From the human T2T-CHM13v2.0 reference genome, Homo sapiens: a stretch of DNA of 64,000 nucleotides. Both the position numbers and the translations under genes were made by a program. The stretch is from the NCBI RefSeq assembly GCF_009914755.1, contig NC_060946.1, one strand, 5' to 3'. This document shows positions 1 through 13,875 of this stretch, in pieces; the first letter of the stretch is position 1; every line of letters starts with the position of its first letter. Below the pieces are notes generated by a model, which did not search any database, was not told the origin of the DNA, and saw only the letters and a list, made by a program, of their open reading frames with translations.

Positions 1-2082
1 TTTCTCTAAGATCGGGAACAAGGCAAGGACGTCCACTTTCATCACTTTTATTCAATATCTTACTAGAAGTTCTAACCAAACCAATTAAGCATGAAAAAGA
101 AAAGGCATCCAAATTAGAGGAAGAAGTAAAATTATCTTTTCACAGATTATATGATCTATGGGAAACCCTAAAGATTCCATCCCCCTCATACACAAAAACC
201 ATTAAAACTCATGTTTTAATGAATTCAGTAAAGTAGAACTATATAAAGTCAACACACAAAAATCAGTTGCATTCTATTTACTAATACTGACGGAATGGAA
301 ATTACAAAAGCAATTCCTTTTATAATAGCATCAAAAATAATAAAATACTTAGGAATTAACTTACTCAAGGAGGTGAAAGACTTGTACCATGAAAACTATA
401 AAACATTGCTGAAAGAAATTAAAGGAGACATAAACGGGAACACATCGCATGTTCATGTGTTGAAAAACAATATTGTTAAGATGTCAGTACTGCTCAGAGC
501 AATTACAGATTTAATGCAAGTCATGTCAATATCCCAATGAAATTTTTTGCAGATATAGAAAAACCCATTCCAAACTTCATATGGAATCCCAAGGGACATT
601 GAATAGCCAAAACAATGTATAAGAAGAACAGAGCTGGAAGACTCACACTTCCTGATTTTGAAACTTATAATAAAGCTACAATAATCAAAACAATGTGGTA
701 CTGACATGAAGACAGACATCTGGACTAGTGGGACAGAATAGAGAATCCAGAGATAAATCTCCACAAATGTAGTCAAATGATTGCTGAAAAGGATGACAAC
801 ACCATTCAGTGGAGAAAGCGCAGTCTTTTCAATAGATGGTGCTAAGGAAACTAGATATCCAGGTGCAAAAGAATGAAACTGAACCCTTACTTAACGTCAT
901 ATACAAAAATTAACTCAAAGTGGATTAAATGTAAGACTCTTAGATGAAAATACAGAGCAGAAGCTTCACATGACATTGGATTTGGCAGTTATTTATTGGA
1001 TGTGATACCAAAGGCACAGACAGCAAAAGGAAAAATGATAAATTGGACTACATGAAAATTTTAAAATATTTTGCATCATTCAACAGAGTGAAAGAATCAT
1101 TCAACAGAGTGAAAATGTAATCCACAGAATGGGAGAATATATTTGCAAATTATTTATTTGATAAGGGATAGATATCTAGAATATATAGAGAATTCATAAA
1201 ACTTAACAATAAAACAACCTCATTCAAAAATGGACAAAAGACTTGAGTACACATTTCTCCAGTAAGATATACAAATGGCCAAGAAGCACATGAAAATATA
1301 CTCAGCATCACTAATCATGAGGAAAATGCAAATCAAAACCACAATGAGATACCACCTCACATCCATGAGGATAGCCACTATACAAAACAAGAAAAAAAAA
1401 AAAAACAAGTCTTGGCATGAATGTGGAGAAATCAGAACTCCCATGCATTACTGATGGGAATGTAAAATGGTGCAGCCATTGTGGAAAACGGTTTGGCAAG
1501 TCCCCAAAAAGTTAAAGATAGAATTACTATATATATGATTTAGCAATTCCACTTCTGGGTATATACCCGAAAGAATTGAGAGTAGTGTCTCAAAGAAGTA
1601 TTTGTACACCATGTTCCTAGCAGCATTATGTGCAGTAGCCAAAAGGTAGAAGCAACCCAGGTGTCCACCAAAGGATGAGTGGATAAACAAAATGTGGCCT
1701 CTACATTTACTGAAATATGAGTCAGCTTTAAAAGGAAGGCAGTTCTGACACACACTACAACATGGATGAACCCTGAGGACCTTACACTTAGTGAAATAAG
1801 CCAGTCATACCGTGTCAGCTTATTTATAAGAGGTACTTAGAGTAGTCAAAATCACAGAGACAGAAAGTAGAGTGCTTGCCAGTGGTTGAGGGGAGAGAAG
1901 AAAGGGAATTACTGTTTAATGGGGACTGAGTTTCAGTTTACAAGACGAGTTGCGGAGATGGATGGTGGTGATAGACACACAACGTTGTGAATGCGTTTAA
2001 CACTACCAATGTGTACTCTTTAGTATAGTTAGGATGCGAAATTTTATGTTACGTGTACCTTACCACAGTAAAAAAAAAAAAA
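1..2082 (+). mobile_element. Old LINE-1 (L1M, probably L1MB-type) 3' part: decayed ORF2 C-terminus, 3'UTR and A-tail; intronic, sense to ATXN10
   Basis: ORF2-like peptides (ITKAIPFIIASKIIKYLGINL, YHENYKTLLKEIK); L1 3' motifs 'caaatcaaaaccacaatgagataccacctcac' and 'gcaattccacttctgggtatatacc'; A-run at ~2069-2082; many stops and frameshifts. Confidence 0.9.
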
Positions 2083-2869
2083 TTTGGAGAAAAATAAATG
2101 TAGGCAGCAACTGTACCTCAGACTTTTCCTGTATGTCTCAGATCCTCATCAGGGGCCTGAGCACAAAATAGTTTTCTAATTAATCATTCTTCAGGGTCAA
2201 AAAAAAGCAAACAGTTCTGTCTGTTTAACAGTAATATCTGACATTGAGTGCCTCTTTTCATGCCAGGCATTGTGATCTTATTTCATCTTTGCATCCATCC
2301 TATGAAACAATATTTTTATCTTCATTTTATAGAGGAGGGAATTTAGGCAAATGGTTTTATAACTGGCTAGGGCCACCAGCTGTTCGGCAGTGGAACAGCA
2401 ATGCAATTTGAACCTCAACTTTCTGCCCACAAGGCCCAAGAACATAATCACTTTTCTGTACTATCGTTTGACATATTGAGAGATCATTTTGTCTCCCCCT
2501 CATTGGCGAAAGGATGTGAAGTCACGTGCCTGATAGAGGAGCGTGGTGGCCTTTAAGCCCACCCAGAGCCTGTGCTGGAGCTCCACTGTACCCATGGCTC
2601 TCAGGTGCACTGAGTGTGTTGTGCACATGGCAAACACCCCCTTCCGTCACCTGTACCCACCACCTGTCCAAGTTCATAGGTGGAACAACTGCCTTGGTAA
2701 AGTTGTGTAAATTGCCCAAAGCCGTGCGGCTTGTAAAGTGGCAGAGCCAGAATTGAACCCAAGTCTGTATTATTCCAAAATTTTATTCTCACCATTATGG
2801 ACTCCTGCTCCCTTGTTCCACTCTCCACGCAGCTGCCCACAAGAGCTTCTTAATTTTTCTACTTCAGCT

Positions 2870-3350
2870 CTTTCGATGAGTTCTCATTGTGTTAGAATGC
2901 AGTACAGCAAGCTCCTTACCATAGCCTAAGAATCCCTGAAGGAGCTGGCCTTGACTGACCTCTGCTTCTTTTTATCCACTCTCCCTCACTCATTCTTCCC
3001 AGCCATACAAGTTTTTCTCATCAGTGTTCCTCCATGTGGAGGCGCTGTGTGGCCTGCTCCCATCTGCACCCTCCTCCTCAGCTCTCCAGGGGTCTGGCTT
3101 CTTTTCATCCTTTGAGTTTCAGCTCTGATGTTAATTCCTCAGAGAGGCCTTCCCTAACTCCCCTCTTTCCCCAAGTTGTCCTCTTGTAATTATGCTCTGT
3201 CACCCCTTTCAGACTTTGTTTTTTGGTTTAGGGCCTGCCTCTGCAAGTGCTAGAATGTAAACGCCCCAAGGGCAGGGACTGGACTATCCTGTTAGCTGTT
3301 GTCTTACCAGTATTGAGCATTTTGCCTTCGTATTTATTAAATGAATGAAT
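2870..3350 (+). mobile_element. L2 3'-end fragment
   Basis: 'gaggccttccctaactccc', 'tagaatgtaaacgccccaagggcagggact' and terminal 'tatttattaaatgaatgaat' resemble the L2 3' consensus. Confidence 0.65.
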
Positions 3351-4559
3351 AGATCATGATTAAATTTTTGAGAGACATTCAGATGTAAGATTAACAGTTT
3401 GAATTTTTGTTCATATCTAAATCCCTTGCTCCAACGCCAGTCTAAATATCAAGAGGTGTGTTGTTCATAGAAAAGAGGAAAACAGTGTTAAAGTATTAAG
3501 TTTCTGTAATTCAATGAATTTTCTCCCCAAAATGAAATATTCAGTACTTCAGAAATTTTTTAGAGAGATACGCGTCAAGGGAGAGTTTTAGAACTAAGTG
3601 TCACCAGCATGACCACTTGGCTTTTAAATAGTCTAAAGTGTTATAGTGAATGTTGGAGTTATTTATGTATTATACCTTTCTGCTGAAGGTTGTCCTGACT
3701 TTAAATGGATATAGTAGTGCTCTTCCCCTGATGAGGACAAATTAGAATTAGAGATCTCCTTGTTGAAAGAAATCAATCAGACTGCAGGTAACTCTTGAGT
3801 CACCTATTACTGTTAGAAGTGAAAGCAGACAGCATGAAATGAGAACCTCTCTCCTGTGCTGACTTTGCAGCATCATAGAGTCCTTGGGAAGCGCACGCAT
3901 CTGGTATCTGTCCCTGTTCACCCTGCAAGCCCTCCCCACCCTTGACCACCGACTTCCTGGGAGCTGCTGAAGGCGTCGGGGGAGGTGGGGTGAGGAGGCA
4001 GGTCAGGATGGCCATGGTAACTAATGCCATTGGAGCAAGTGCTACCAGATGCCCAGACACTGGTGTGTACAGCATAAGAGCGCTCCTTGACTCCTCAGGG
4101 CCTGCTGGGTCTTGTCTGTTCTAAATCGCCAGAAGCTCCACCCTGTTCATGTTCTTCATTTAATCCTTTCTAACTTAGAACTATTTTTGATCCTTGGCTG
4201 TACTTCATTAATTTTGAAATATCAACAGTGCTAGACGAACACTAATGTCTTATAACTTAGGTGGGTTTACTTTTTCTGCTCCAAATTTTTATTTCACTTT
4301 GAATTGTTAGCTTATTAGCTAGTTCTAAAGGTATTTTGCAGAGATAGTTACTCTGACTGGTATCTGCAAGTTTATCACTTGGGATTTCTTTGAAGAGAAA
4401 GGGATGTATTTCATGTATCACAAAACCTACCGTTCCTTGTACTGGTTTGTAGGCATAGCTCAGAAACGTGCAGTCATAGCAACCCGGAAGAAGAACTGCT
4501 CTGCCCTCCAGAGGTCTCTCTGGATGGACTGGTCGTGAGAGCACACTTAGCAGCGATAC

Positions 4560-4790
4560 GGCATCGCGATCAGGGGAGCGGATGCCAGAGCCTGACTGCC
4601 TACTTCCAAATCCACCTTGAACACATCCAGTTGCGGGACCTTGGCCATGTTCGCCTCTGTGTCTAAGTTTTCTCATCAGTAGAATGAGGATAGTAACGAA
4701 CATCTACCGCATAGAGAGTTTGTGAGGATTGAATGCTTTCACACTTAGAACAGCCCCTGGCACATCCCGTGTCCTGGAATGTGACAACTG
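4560..4790 (+). mobile_element. MIR SINE
   Basis: Core-like 'gaccttggcc...cctctgtgtctaagttttctcatcagtagaatgaggatagtaa...tgtgaggattgaatg...cacttagaacagcccctggcaca'. Confidence 0.7.
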
Positions 4791-5912
4791 ATGCTGTTAC
4801 CTTTATTAGTTTTACTCGTGTTACTATTTTATGAAGGTAAACTGACAATCTCATTTTCAGTCTTGGCTTATGTGAGAGACACTTAATTGTACAAAGCTTT
4901 GCTTGCATTGAGAGTGGCAGTGTGTTCCAGGAACAGAAATTCAGTGGGGCCAGCTTATTATCTGGCCACTGATCCCAAAGATCACCAGGTACTTGGTAAA
5001 CAGCCTCTTTACCTGGCAGGTGAGGCCTGACACTTCCCCTGTTTCTACTGGGTTTCCATTGACTCCCATTCATAAATCCCCTATCGTTAGGACCTCCCCT
5101 GCCACCATCTGGGCAGTGAAGCTCTGCCGGTGTGCTACTGGCAGTGTCCCGGGTTGTGTGTGGAGACACTGAGCACTGTTGTTTACTTTAGAAGTTTATT
5201 GTCCCCAGAATGCTGCTCCCCCACAACTGTCTCCTGCAGCATGAAGGCTGACATTGTATCGTGGCTGTGTATCCACATGCATTTATTAAATCACACCTCC
5301 CTTTCAGCCCAGATCTGACAGAACTCTGGGAGCTACCGCCTCATAAGTAGATCAAATCCAGGCACCAATGGGCAAATATTTTAAACACTCATACTGTAGC
5401 CAGGAGCTACAAGGACCAGTAAGATAGGAGTCTGAGCACATGGTGAGCACACATTCTCTGGAGTCAGAGCTCGTGCACCGTGGCCTGAATGTCTGCGGTG
5501 TGCATGGGTGTGCCAGGCACTCTGCTAACCATGCTGCATACAGTGGCTCCTTCCGAGTCTCAGATGTGACATTGGAGTGCTGCCCCAAATCCAACTGGAA
5601 CTACTTCATGGCCCCAAAACCCTTTCGTGTGGTTTAAGTTAGAAGTGGTATTGGTTGTTTCTGACCCTGAAACCTGTGTGTGATGGGGCTGCCAGACTGT
5701 GACTGCTTCGTACCACGCTTTGCTTTGAAGTGGTCAGTAAAATGATTCCAGAGCATGTCATGTACAAAATTAGTTTCATTGCCACAGGATCCTTCACCGC
5801 CAAAACCCCGTGAATGTGAGGTACCTGTGAGCGCGGCCCTCCATCGGCCACAGAAGCTTTTGGAGTGGGCAGGGCACAGGTCATCTTCCCATGACTTCAC
5901 TGCCAGATGGAC

Positions 5913-5969
5913 GGGCTCATGGGTCCTGCTTTGCCTGGCGTGGGCTCATGGGTCCTGCTTTGCCTGGCG
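5913..5969. repeat. Tandem duplication, period 29 bp (2 identical 28-bp cores)
   Basis: gggctcatgggtcctgctttgcctggcg at 5913-5940 and at 5942-5969. Confidence 0.95.
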
Positions 5970-7959
5970 CGGGCGCTTGAGCTTTCACATCTGGGACTGG
6001 TGAGGGATGGAGAGTACACGCCCAGCAAGGCCTGGACAGCGCACTGGTGCCACAGCCCTTCGCTCGGGCCCACGGGGTGCAGTGGAGGAAGTGTGAGCCT
6101 TGTACAGAGAGAGGTTTCAGGCTTCAGAGAGGAGGCCTGTGAAGTCAGGAACATCTCCCCTCTCCCTTTGCAATTTATGGAAAGTACATTGTGCCAAGCA
6201 AGGACAGTGAATGGGCCTTCGTTTCAGCATCTTTAATAAAGTACTGATTTGGGTTATGCACAGATATAAAATCTCTAGTGGACAGAGGTGTGAAATGTAG
6301 TTCTGTCAAACTCAGCAGTGTTTTATGGGGCCTATGTACCACTTCCCTTACGGCCTAGAAGCCGATTAGCAGCCTCAGCTTTCAGTGCAGGGGTGTTGCT
6401 GAGATGGCTTTTTCCCTCCGGAAAGACTGAAACTGCTCTTTCTTATAGTGTGTATTAAATGCAAATCTTACTCTATATTCTTCAGATTGTAACCTATAAT
6501 TTCCAAATCTGACAATTATTTCTCTGCCTTCTTTTAGTATTTTTTTTAACACTTTCAGTATTAGCAATTAGCCATTAATTGGTAAATTGGAGGGTATACA
6601 TACTCATGATTTTAGCTTTTATTTTTAAATGCTATTAAGGCATAACAGGCTACGAAACATAGAACAGTACATACAGCATTGCATGGAAACCTTTGAAGCA
6701 CAGATGTTCTGTCGTATTAAAATATAAAAACTCAGAGGGAAATTAGATACCAGATAGACCAACAATTTAGGGAAGGAAGAGGGAGCCAAAATGGGTGGTT
6801 TGTGGTGGGTATTGAACACATAGTTTCCAGCGTCATGCAGGGAGACCCTGTGTAGAATCTGCACCATAAATTAAACTTGTACTTTAATTTTCTGAATGAG
6901 AAGAGTATGCAGTGGGACCACTGACATAAATGAGAGTTGAGAACAAAAGATCATCATAGCAGATGAAGGTGGAAGTAAAGTGAACTTTAGAAAGCAATGA
7001 AAATATCTCTTGACATTCGAGTTTATTCTGAAAAACTTGTGACCCCTTGCAAAAGTAAGGGGATCTTCAGATGTCCTGTCCCAGGACCTCCATCTTGCCT
7101 GGCCCCCTCCCTGTCTCCTGCCTCCTGCCTTGCTCTCCAGCACCCTGCGAGCGGGAGCTCTTCTTTTTGGAGGTGGTCCCAACAGGTAGCACAAGTCCCA
7201 TGAAACTCCAGGAAGCCCAGGGCTCCCTGGGCAGCACTTTGGGAAGTGTCTTTTTTCCTCTCAGTAAGAAAGTTCTTAGAGAACAGGGCCAAGGTCAATG
7301 AGGACTCCCCCCTGGGGATGCACTGGGGTGAGATGGGGTGAGGAGGTTGCCTTTTCAGGGCCACACTCTTGGCATGTTTTCTTCTTTGGCTGACAGAAAT
7401 TGGCATATTTTAAAGTATTTTGGTTTGTGCAATATAACGCATTTTGAGAGCAATTTTTAAACTGAACTACTACTTTGCACTCTAAAAAACTCTACATTTT
7501 ACCATGGTCCGAGAAGATATTTGTTTAGATGTGACAAGGGATTTGTGAAGCATCTTCATCTAGGAAAACCTTTTTCTAACAGGGCAGATAATTACACAGG
7601 TTTGTAGAAGCCTGGGTGGAGGAGGCTTGCCCGTGCTGACCATGCTATGTGCAGGCCCCCTCTGGGAGAGGTTCTAATTGTGCGCCCCTCCCTGCTCCAC
7701 AGCGTACTTTGGAAAGCCCTGCAGCACACAAATCCCTTGCCTTCATGGGTTTGTTATCTAAAAAGAGTTTTAAAATATATGTCCTGGATGCGAAAACAAT
7801 GCAGATATTACATATAATATATGTATCTGTTATACAGATATTATAAATAAAGTCCATATATATCAGAACATTATGAAAAGTCTTTTAACACATTTAAATC
7901 ATTTTAATTTACATAATGCATATTTTTTCAGTGCCAGTACTTTTTAAGGTTGGTTTGTT

Positions 7960-8258
7960 TATTTACTTATTTTTGAGACAGAGTCTTGCTCTGTCGCCCA
8001 GGCTGCAGTGCAGTGGCGCAATCTCGGCTCACTGCAGCCTCTGCCTCCCGGGTTTAAGCGATTTCTCCTGCCTCAGCCTCCCGAGTAGCTGGGACTGCAG
8101 GCGGCTCACCAGCACGCCCAGCTGATTTTTTTGTATATTTAGTAGAGATGGGGTTTTACCATGTTGGCCAGGCTGGTCTCGTACTCCTGACCTCGTGATC
8201 CGCCTGCCTCAGCCTCCCAAAGTGTTGGGATTACAGGCGTGAGCCACTATGCCCGGCC
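7960..8258 (-). mobile_element. Full-length AluS (Sg/Sc-like), antisense
   Basis: T-rich tail, then 'gagacagagtcttgctctgtcgcccaggctg...gacctcgtgatccgcc...gagccactatgcccggcc'. Confidence 0.95.
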
Positions 8259-8306
8259 TATTTATTTATTAATTCAACAAATATCCATTAGTGCTTCCCA
8301 TGTTCT

Positions 8307-8614
8307 AGGCCGGAAGTTGGCACACCTTTTCTGTGAAGGGCCACATAGTAAATATTTTGGCTTTGTAGGCCTTGCTGTCTCTTGGCAGCTCCTCCACCCT
8401 GCCCTTGCAGTGTGACAGCAGCCGCCAACACAGGCAAGTGATGGGCATGGCTGTGTGCCGTAGAACCTTGTTTACGGATACGGACATTTGAATTTCAAAT
8501 TTTCATGTGCCAGAAATCAGTATTCTTTAGATTTTTTTCCAATCATCTAAATATATTAAAACTGTTTTTAGTTTGCTGTCATAAAAAGCACAGGCCATCA
8601 TTTGCTGACCCCTG
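8307..8614 (+). mobile_element. MER58-type hAT DNA transposon relic (MER58B-like)
   Basis: 'ttttctgtgaagggccacatagtaaatattttggctttgtaggcc' through terminal 'tttgctgacccctg'. Confidence 0.75.
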
Positions 8615-10649
8615 TTCTTAGCAGTCTTCTAAACACCGACAGAGCAGTGACCAGAACAGAGTTCCTGTCGCCCTGGAGTCTACATTTAATGATGTAGAGG
8701 ACTTTAAGTAGCACTGATTTTGATAGCTGGAAGAATAGTTTAGCTTGATGCAATCTGTCTCATCAGACAATTCCAGTTTTAACATTTCAGCTTACCTGAC
8801 TGTACTTTAAAAGTGAGCTTGGCACATCAATCTGCTGGTTATTAATACCCTTACTGTGGATTGTTTTTCTGTATCATGCTGTTTCCCAGCCTTTGGTCTT
8901 CTCCCCTGCTAATATCTTATCACCTTGCTGGTACAAGGCCACCCAGTTTAGTGTTAGGCCCTGTGTTGAACCAGCTGAGGCCCAGTGCAGTGCTGCCTCG
9001 GCCATTGAGCAGTACAAGGTGCTTTACTGACGCTGTGGTCTTGGTGGCCTGGGTCAAGACCCCAGAGCCCCCTGCTGAAGAGCTGGCCAGCACTATCAAG
9101 TCCCGCTCTAGTGCTGATTGCAGGGTTCTTTCAAGGCAGTTTTGCAACAAACAGGCTCATGCCTTCTATTTGTAGTAGCTATGGAAACGTTAGAAGCTCT
9201 CTTTCTAAAGCTAAGCATACAATAAAGCACTTCAGATGTTGGTGGGATTAGAGACTTTAGAAGATGTTTAATTTTCTCCCCTACTCTTTCTTTCTCTCTG
9301 TCCCTTTAGAGAGGGAACAAGAGGGCAATGTGAATATTAACTGAGACTTGCTTTAATCTCTCTCGTGACACTTCAGACTGTCTAGGTCTGCACAGGCTGC
9401 ACTCTAACAAGGAGTGGCATGCATATTCATGACCCAGGGCTGTGGACCAGACACGCTTCCTAGGGCTATATTTTACAGTGTTTTTATTTTCTACTCAAAT
9501 TTCTTGAAAGAAACAACTATGAAAAATTGATTTTGTGATTATGATTAAGTCTAGAACCCAAGACAGCAGTGCTAAAATGTTCTCACTGGAAATAGGAACA
9601 GATTAGAGGAGGTTTGTGTAGTATTTGATTTACAGATAGACAACACAAACCCCAAAATGTTGGTGCTCACTTAGAGGGGGCAGTGGAGCAAACTTCACAT
9701 CTGCCTAAGAAGAATGCATAAGGGTTCTACCTTCGTGAAGTCCTCCTTAAACCGGAAGGAAAGATGAATTTCACTTAAAATATGTAAGAGTATTAAATGT
9801 ATATTTAAATGAAAAGTGTGGAGGTTTACTATTATTGGCTTGGTTGTTATTTCTGATTCTCAAGGCCGTGAAAGGGAGTTGACTCCAGAGTGGTCTTGTG
9901 GCCTTATTTCTTGTCAGCCTTTCACACTTCCTTGACTTACATCTTTTTGCACTTTGGATACTAATTTTGGAAGAAGACAAAAATGCCTTTTCTGCTTTGG
10001 GCTTCAGTGTTTCTTCTATTAGGTTGTCAGGTCCGTGGCTGCGCCAAGAACCTGCTCCGTGTGAAATACTTGACTATCATATTTTGTTCCTGAAGTAGTA
10101 TGCCTGAAGCCTGGGGCTGCAGGGGGCTGAGCAGGACCCATCACCCCAGCTGCAACCAGTGTCCCTGTTTGAGGGAGACACCTGGCAGCCCTTCATCTCC
10201 GAGAGGGCTTTTCTTCAGTCTCATTCTTTCTGTGCTCCACTTGCCGTATATATAAAGCGGGCATTGTGTAAGTTTGCCTTCTACAGAAATTAGCTACCAA
10301 ACACTTGAAGGGTGAGTTGCTATTAAAATACCGTGGTAACAGTATTTTCACAAAACGTGATAGAAATGTTGCCCTCCAACCCCAAGATGAACATGATGAA
10401 AATCCACTCTTTGTTCCCATCCACATGGGAATTCTGGTGTTTTGTTGTCATGGACCTTTTATTTATGCAGTCCAGCCTCCTTGCCTGGGTTGCGTTTATA
10501 TCGGTTTACTTTCATCTAATCTCTCAAACCCTAAAAAGCCCTGGGTCGGGAAACCACACCAACAACAGGAGGCAAAAACACAGCCTGTGGGTCGCTGCAG
10601 TGCCGCCATGGCCCCACCCACGTGGTGAATGAGAGATAGCATGCTTACA

Positions 10650-11330
10650 TTTGTTCATTTAGCAAACATTTCCCAGCACCACGCTAGGGACAGAGCACAG
10701 AGAAGTGAGTACTATTGGTCTTGTTGTGAGGAGTTCACAGTGCATTAGAGTATACAGAAATACAAACAAACAGTCATAGCTTACATAATTTCAATAAGGC
10801 CAGACACGGTGGCTGTAGTCCCAGCTATTCGGGAGGCTGAGGCAAGAGGATCACTTGAGCCTAGGCTTTCAAGACACAATTTCAATAAATATGTATTGAA
10901 CATCCACTTTGTGCTGGGAACGAGACTCGGTGCTAGGATATCGAAGTCAATTAGATGGGGCTCCTGCCCTCGAGGAACTCACAGACTCATAAGCAGATGA
11001 GTACAATGCAGTGTGATGAGAACTGTTAAAAAAGAGAGAGAGAATGCATTGGAAACAGACAGCAGGTGCACCTAATCTAAGCAGGTGCCGAGGGGTAGCT
11101 AAGACAGGGAAGGCTTCCGGGAGACTGTGATACTTGCTGAGTCTCGAAGGCTAAGTGTGCCCCATGAGAAAGGAAGCAGCAGTGAGGGAAGCACATCCCA
11201 GGTCAGGGATTCGTGTGTGCAGAGACAGAGGGGAGGCCAGCGTTGCAACATTGTCAGAGGCTGAGAGATGAGGGCGCCTGGCAGGAGAGGTGGGTAGGGG
11301 CCGTCTGGCAGGGTCTCACGTGCCCTGGAG
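10650..11330 (-). mobile_element. L2 fragments with a short Alu/FLAM piece (10798-10866)
   Basis: 'ttcatttagcaaacatt', 'ttcaataaatatgtattgaacatccactttgtgctggg', 'cagggaaggcttccggg'; Alu-like 'ggccagacacggtggctgtagtcccagctattcgggaggctgagg'. Confidence 0.6.
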
Positions 11331-13687
11331 TGGAGCAGTTTGATAGTCCCTTTCCTCCAGAGACATCCTGCGTTTGCTGCTGGCAGTGACGGTGCTGGCA
11401 CCAGACTCTTCAGTTTCTGAGCCAACCACCCCTCTGATCTCAGGAGCTCTGAATGCATTATTGGGAATTTCAGCTTTCCTACTTTAATTATATTTAAGTG
11501 AATAACCAGGACGTTTCAGAAAGGAGTGTTATGCTTCTTTCATTTACCATTAGAGAGTTATACTCATGAACAAAAATTCCCCAGTCTTACATTTCTTGCT
11601 CCTTGAGTCAGTTCTTTTCATAATCACTGACTCCTCCTTTTCCTACAAAAGGTGAGAAAATGAGTTTGTGTATCGACAGTGACATCCTGGGTGTGAAACT
11701 CAAATAATTCATTGTTGAGAAGTTGACGGATATGTTGGAAGTGCTTGATACCGGGGCTCGTTATCTTTATTCTCTATACTGGCACAAAGTGGGGGTTCAG
11801 TGATCATGGAAAAGAGGCGGATATTCAAATTTAGGTTTAATGCCTTTGAATATTTGAATAGATTCTGTCTCCAGAAAGGAAATGCAGCCATATAAAGGAC
11901 CTGGACTTTGTCACGAGAGAATGACAGATAAATGACACAATAAGAACTTTTTCCCCACCATAGACAGATGACTGATTATAGAACCAGCATTAGCTGGGCA
12001 CTGACAGTCCTTTTCTCTGCCATCTGGAAAAGGTCAGTCATTTATACCCACCAGTGGTTTTGATGCTAAACCTCCAAAGACCAGCAGGTCATTCACTCAG
12101 CACATGTTGGTTGGTCCTTTGCTTTGTGCCAGGCTCCATGTTGAGGCCCAAGGCCCCAGGAACACACGACCACAGCTGTGGAGGAGCTGGGAGACACAGG
12201 CCAGGAGCTTAAGTGCTGTGAGTAGGGAAGCAGAGAGGACCCTGGGCCAGCTCACCCGGTGTGTATTGGAGGGACTAAGATGGAGCAACCTTTTTAAAGC
12301 CCCAAAAACACTTCCTGAGCATACAGCTGACTGTGTTTAGTACGTTTCAGTTGTCTGACTTAATTGGACAGTCATTTTTACTATTTTCTTTTGAGGCTGT
12401 TGAATTAGGGAGAGAAACTGTTGGACTCATTTTCTTTCCCAAATACTACAGGAAAGAGCACCAGCTTTGTGAATGTTGAAGTTTTCTCTGTGTTCTCATG
12501 CCATGTTGGGGGAGCTAGAAATGTCTCAGAACTGGTCCACAGCGTTGCACAGGGGTGTTCAGGACAAGATCAGAAGACTTGGCTCTTTAGCTCTAGGGTT
12601 TGATACCTTGTGGGGACACTGACTCCCTGGTTCTGGCATTGGCAGTGCCCGAGTGGGAAGCATCTGATAATCATCAGGGGACAGGACTTGTTTGTCTTGC
12701 TGCCTTTATCTGCTCGTGGGCAGGGAGGTCTCTTTCTTTGGATAGGTATTTGTTCTACCCTAGGTTCTTTGTTGTTCTCCCTGGATCAGGGTGCCAGGCC
12801 CAGTAGGGACACAGCCTCTCTTGGCAGTCTCTTACATATGTCCCTGGATCCAACCACTGAAGACTGGTCCCTGCAGTAGTTTTTGTACAGTCCTTTATAG
12901 AACTACATATAATAGCTTAATGTTTGCATGAGGTTTACACGGCTCTTGGTGATTAAATCAAATGCCCTACTCAGTGATGTGGCGATGCTATCCCAGTCTT
13001 CGTAGGTTGTCTCTGGTCTCCTGCCAAGCGGAACGTGCCAGGTGAACACTTGGGCACAGTGAGCCCCGATGCTTTCAGGAGCCTGAGTATTCAAACTAAA
13101 CACAGCAAATCCTTCAAAGCCCTTCCAGCTTCATCTTTAGAATACTGAATGCGGGAAATTCCACAGTGACTCCTAGGAAACAATTCTTATTTCTAACTGG
13201 GCTCCCATTAAAACAAGATGATTTTCCTGATTCTAACCTGACGTCTTTGTGACTGATTCTTTAGTGCTCTTCTTATTCTTTCCCTAGTGAGTCAGTAACA
13301 TAATTATTCAACAAAGGAATGTGTGTGTGTGCACGCACACACGTTTGCCTGTGTGTGTGTTCTTGGGTTCATAAACTTCAGTTTGAGCTACTCTAAGTCT
13401 TTGCTTCCTTGTTCATTCATTCAACAAATACTGAGTAAATCTCTCTGGGTGCCCGTGGCTGGACATCACACACACATGCTGGATGTACATGTGCATATGC
13501 CTGCGTTGCCTCTTTTTAATGTGTTTGCACTTGAGATGCATATTCAGAGAATGCATCCTCAAGAAAACTTGTGGATTGATACTGGATGTTCCGTGTTTCT
13601 GTGCTCCTCTACTCCTTTTCTGATAATTCTTATGTGAAGTTATCAAACAGGAAAGTACGTTGTCACATTCCTTCACTCTGGCTCCAG

Positions 13688-13875
13688 TTCTGACCCAGTG
13701 GGTGATATATGCCATCCGAAACCTTACCGAAGACAACAGCCAAAACCAAGATTTGATTGCAAAGATGGAGGAACAGGGGCTGGCAGATGCATCCCTACTT
13801 AAAAAAGTGGGTTTTGAAGTTGAAAAGAAAGGCGAAAAGCTGATCCTGAAATCTACTAGAGACACCCCTAAGCCA
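13688..13875 (+). CDS. ATXN10: Ataxin-10 penultimate exon (exon 11): (F)LTQWVIYAIRNLTEDNSQNQDLIAKMEEQGLADASLLKKVGFEVEKKGEKLILKSTRDTPKP
   Basis: Translation matches the ataxin-10 C-terminus as I recall it; acceptor ...ggctccag| at 13687; donor CCA|gtaagt at 13876; 188 bp = 2 nt + 62 codons. Confidence 0.97.

Noticed and set aside
1-13687. SCA10 (ATTCT)n repeat
   Set aside because: No ATTCT array seen; it is known to lie in intron 9, upstream of this window.
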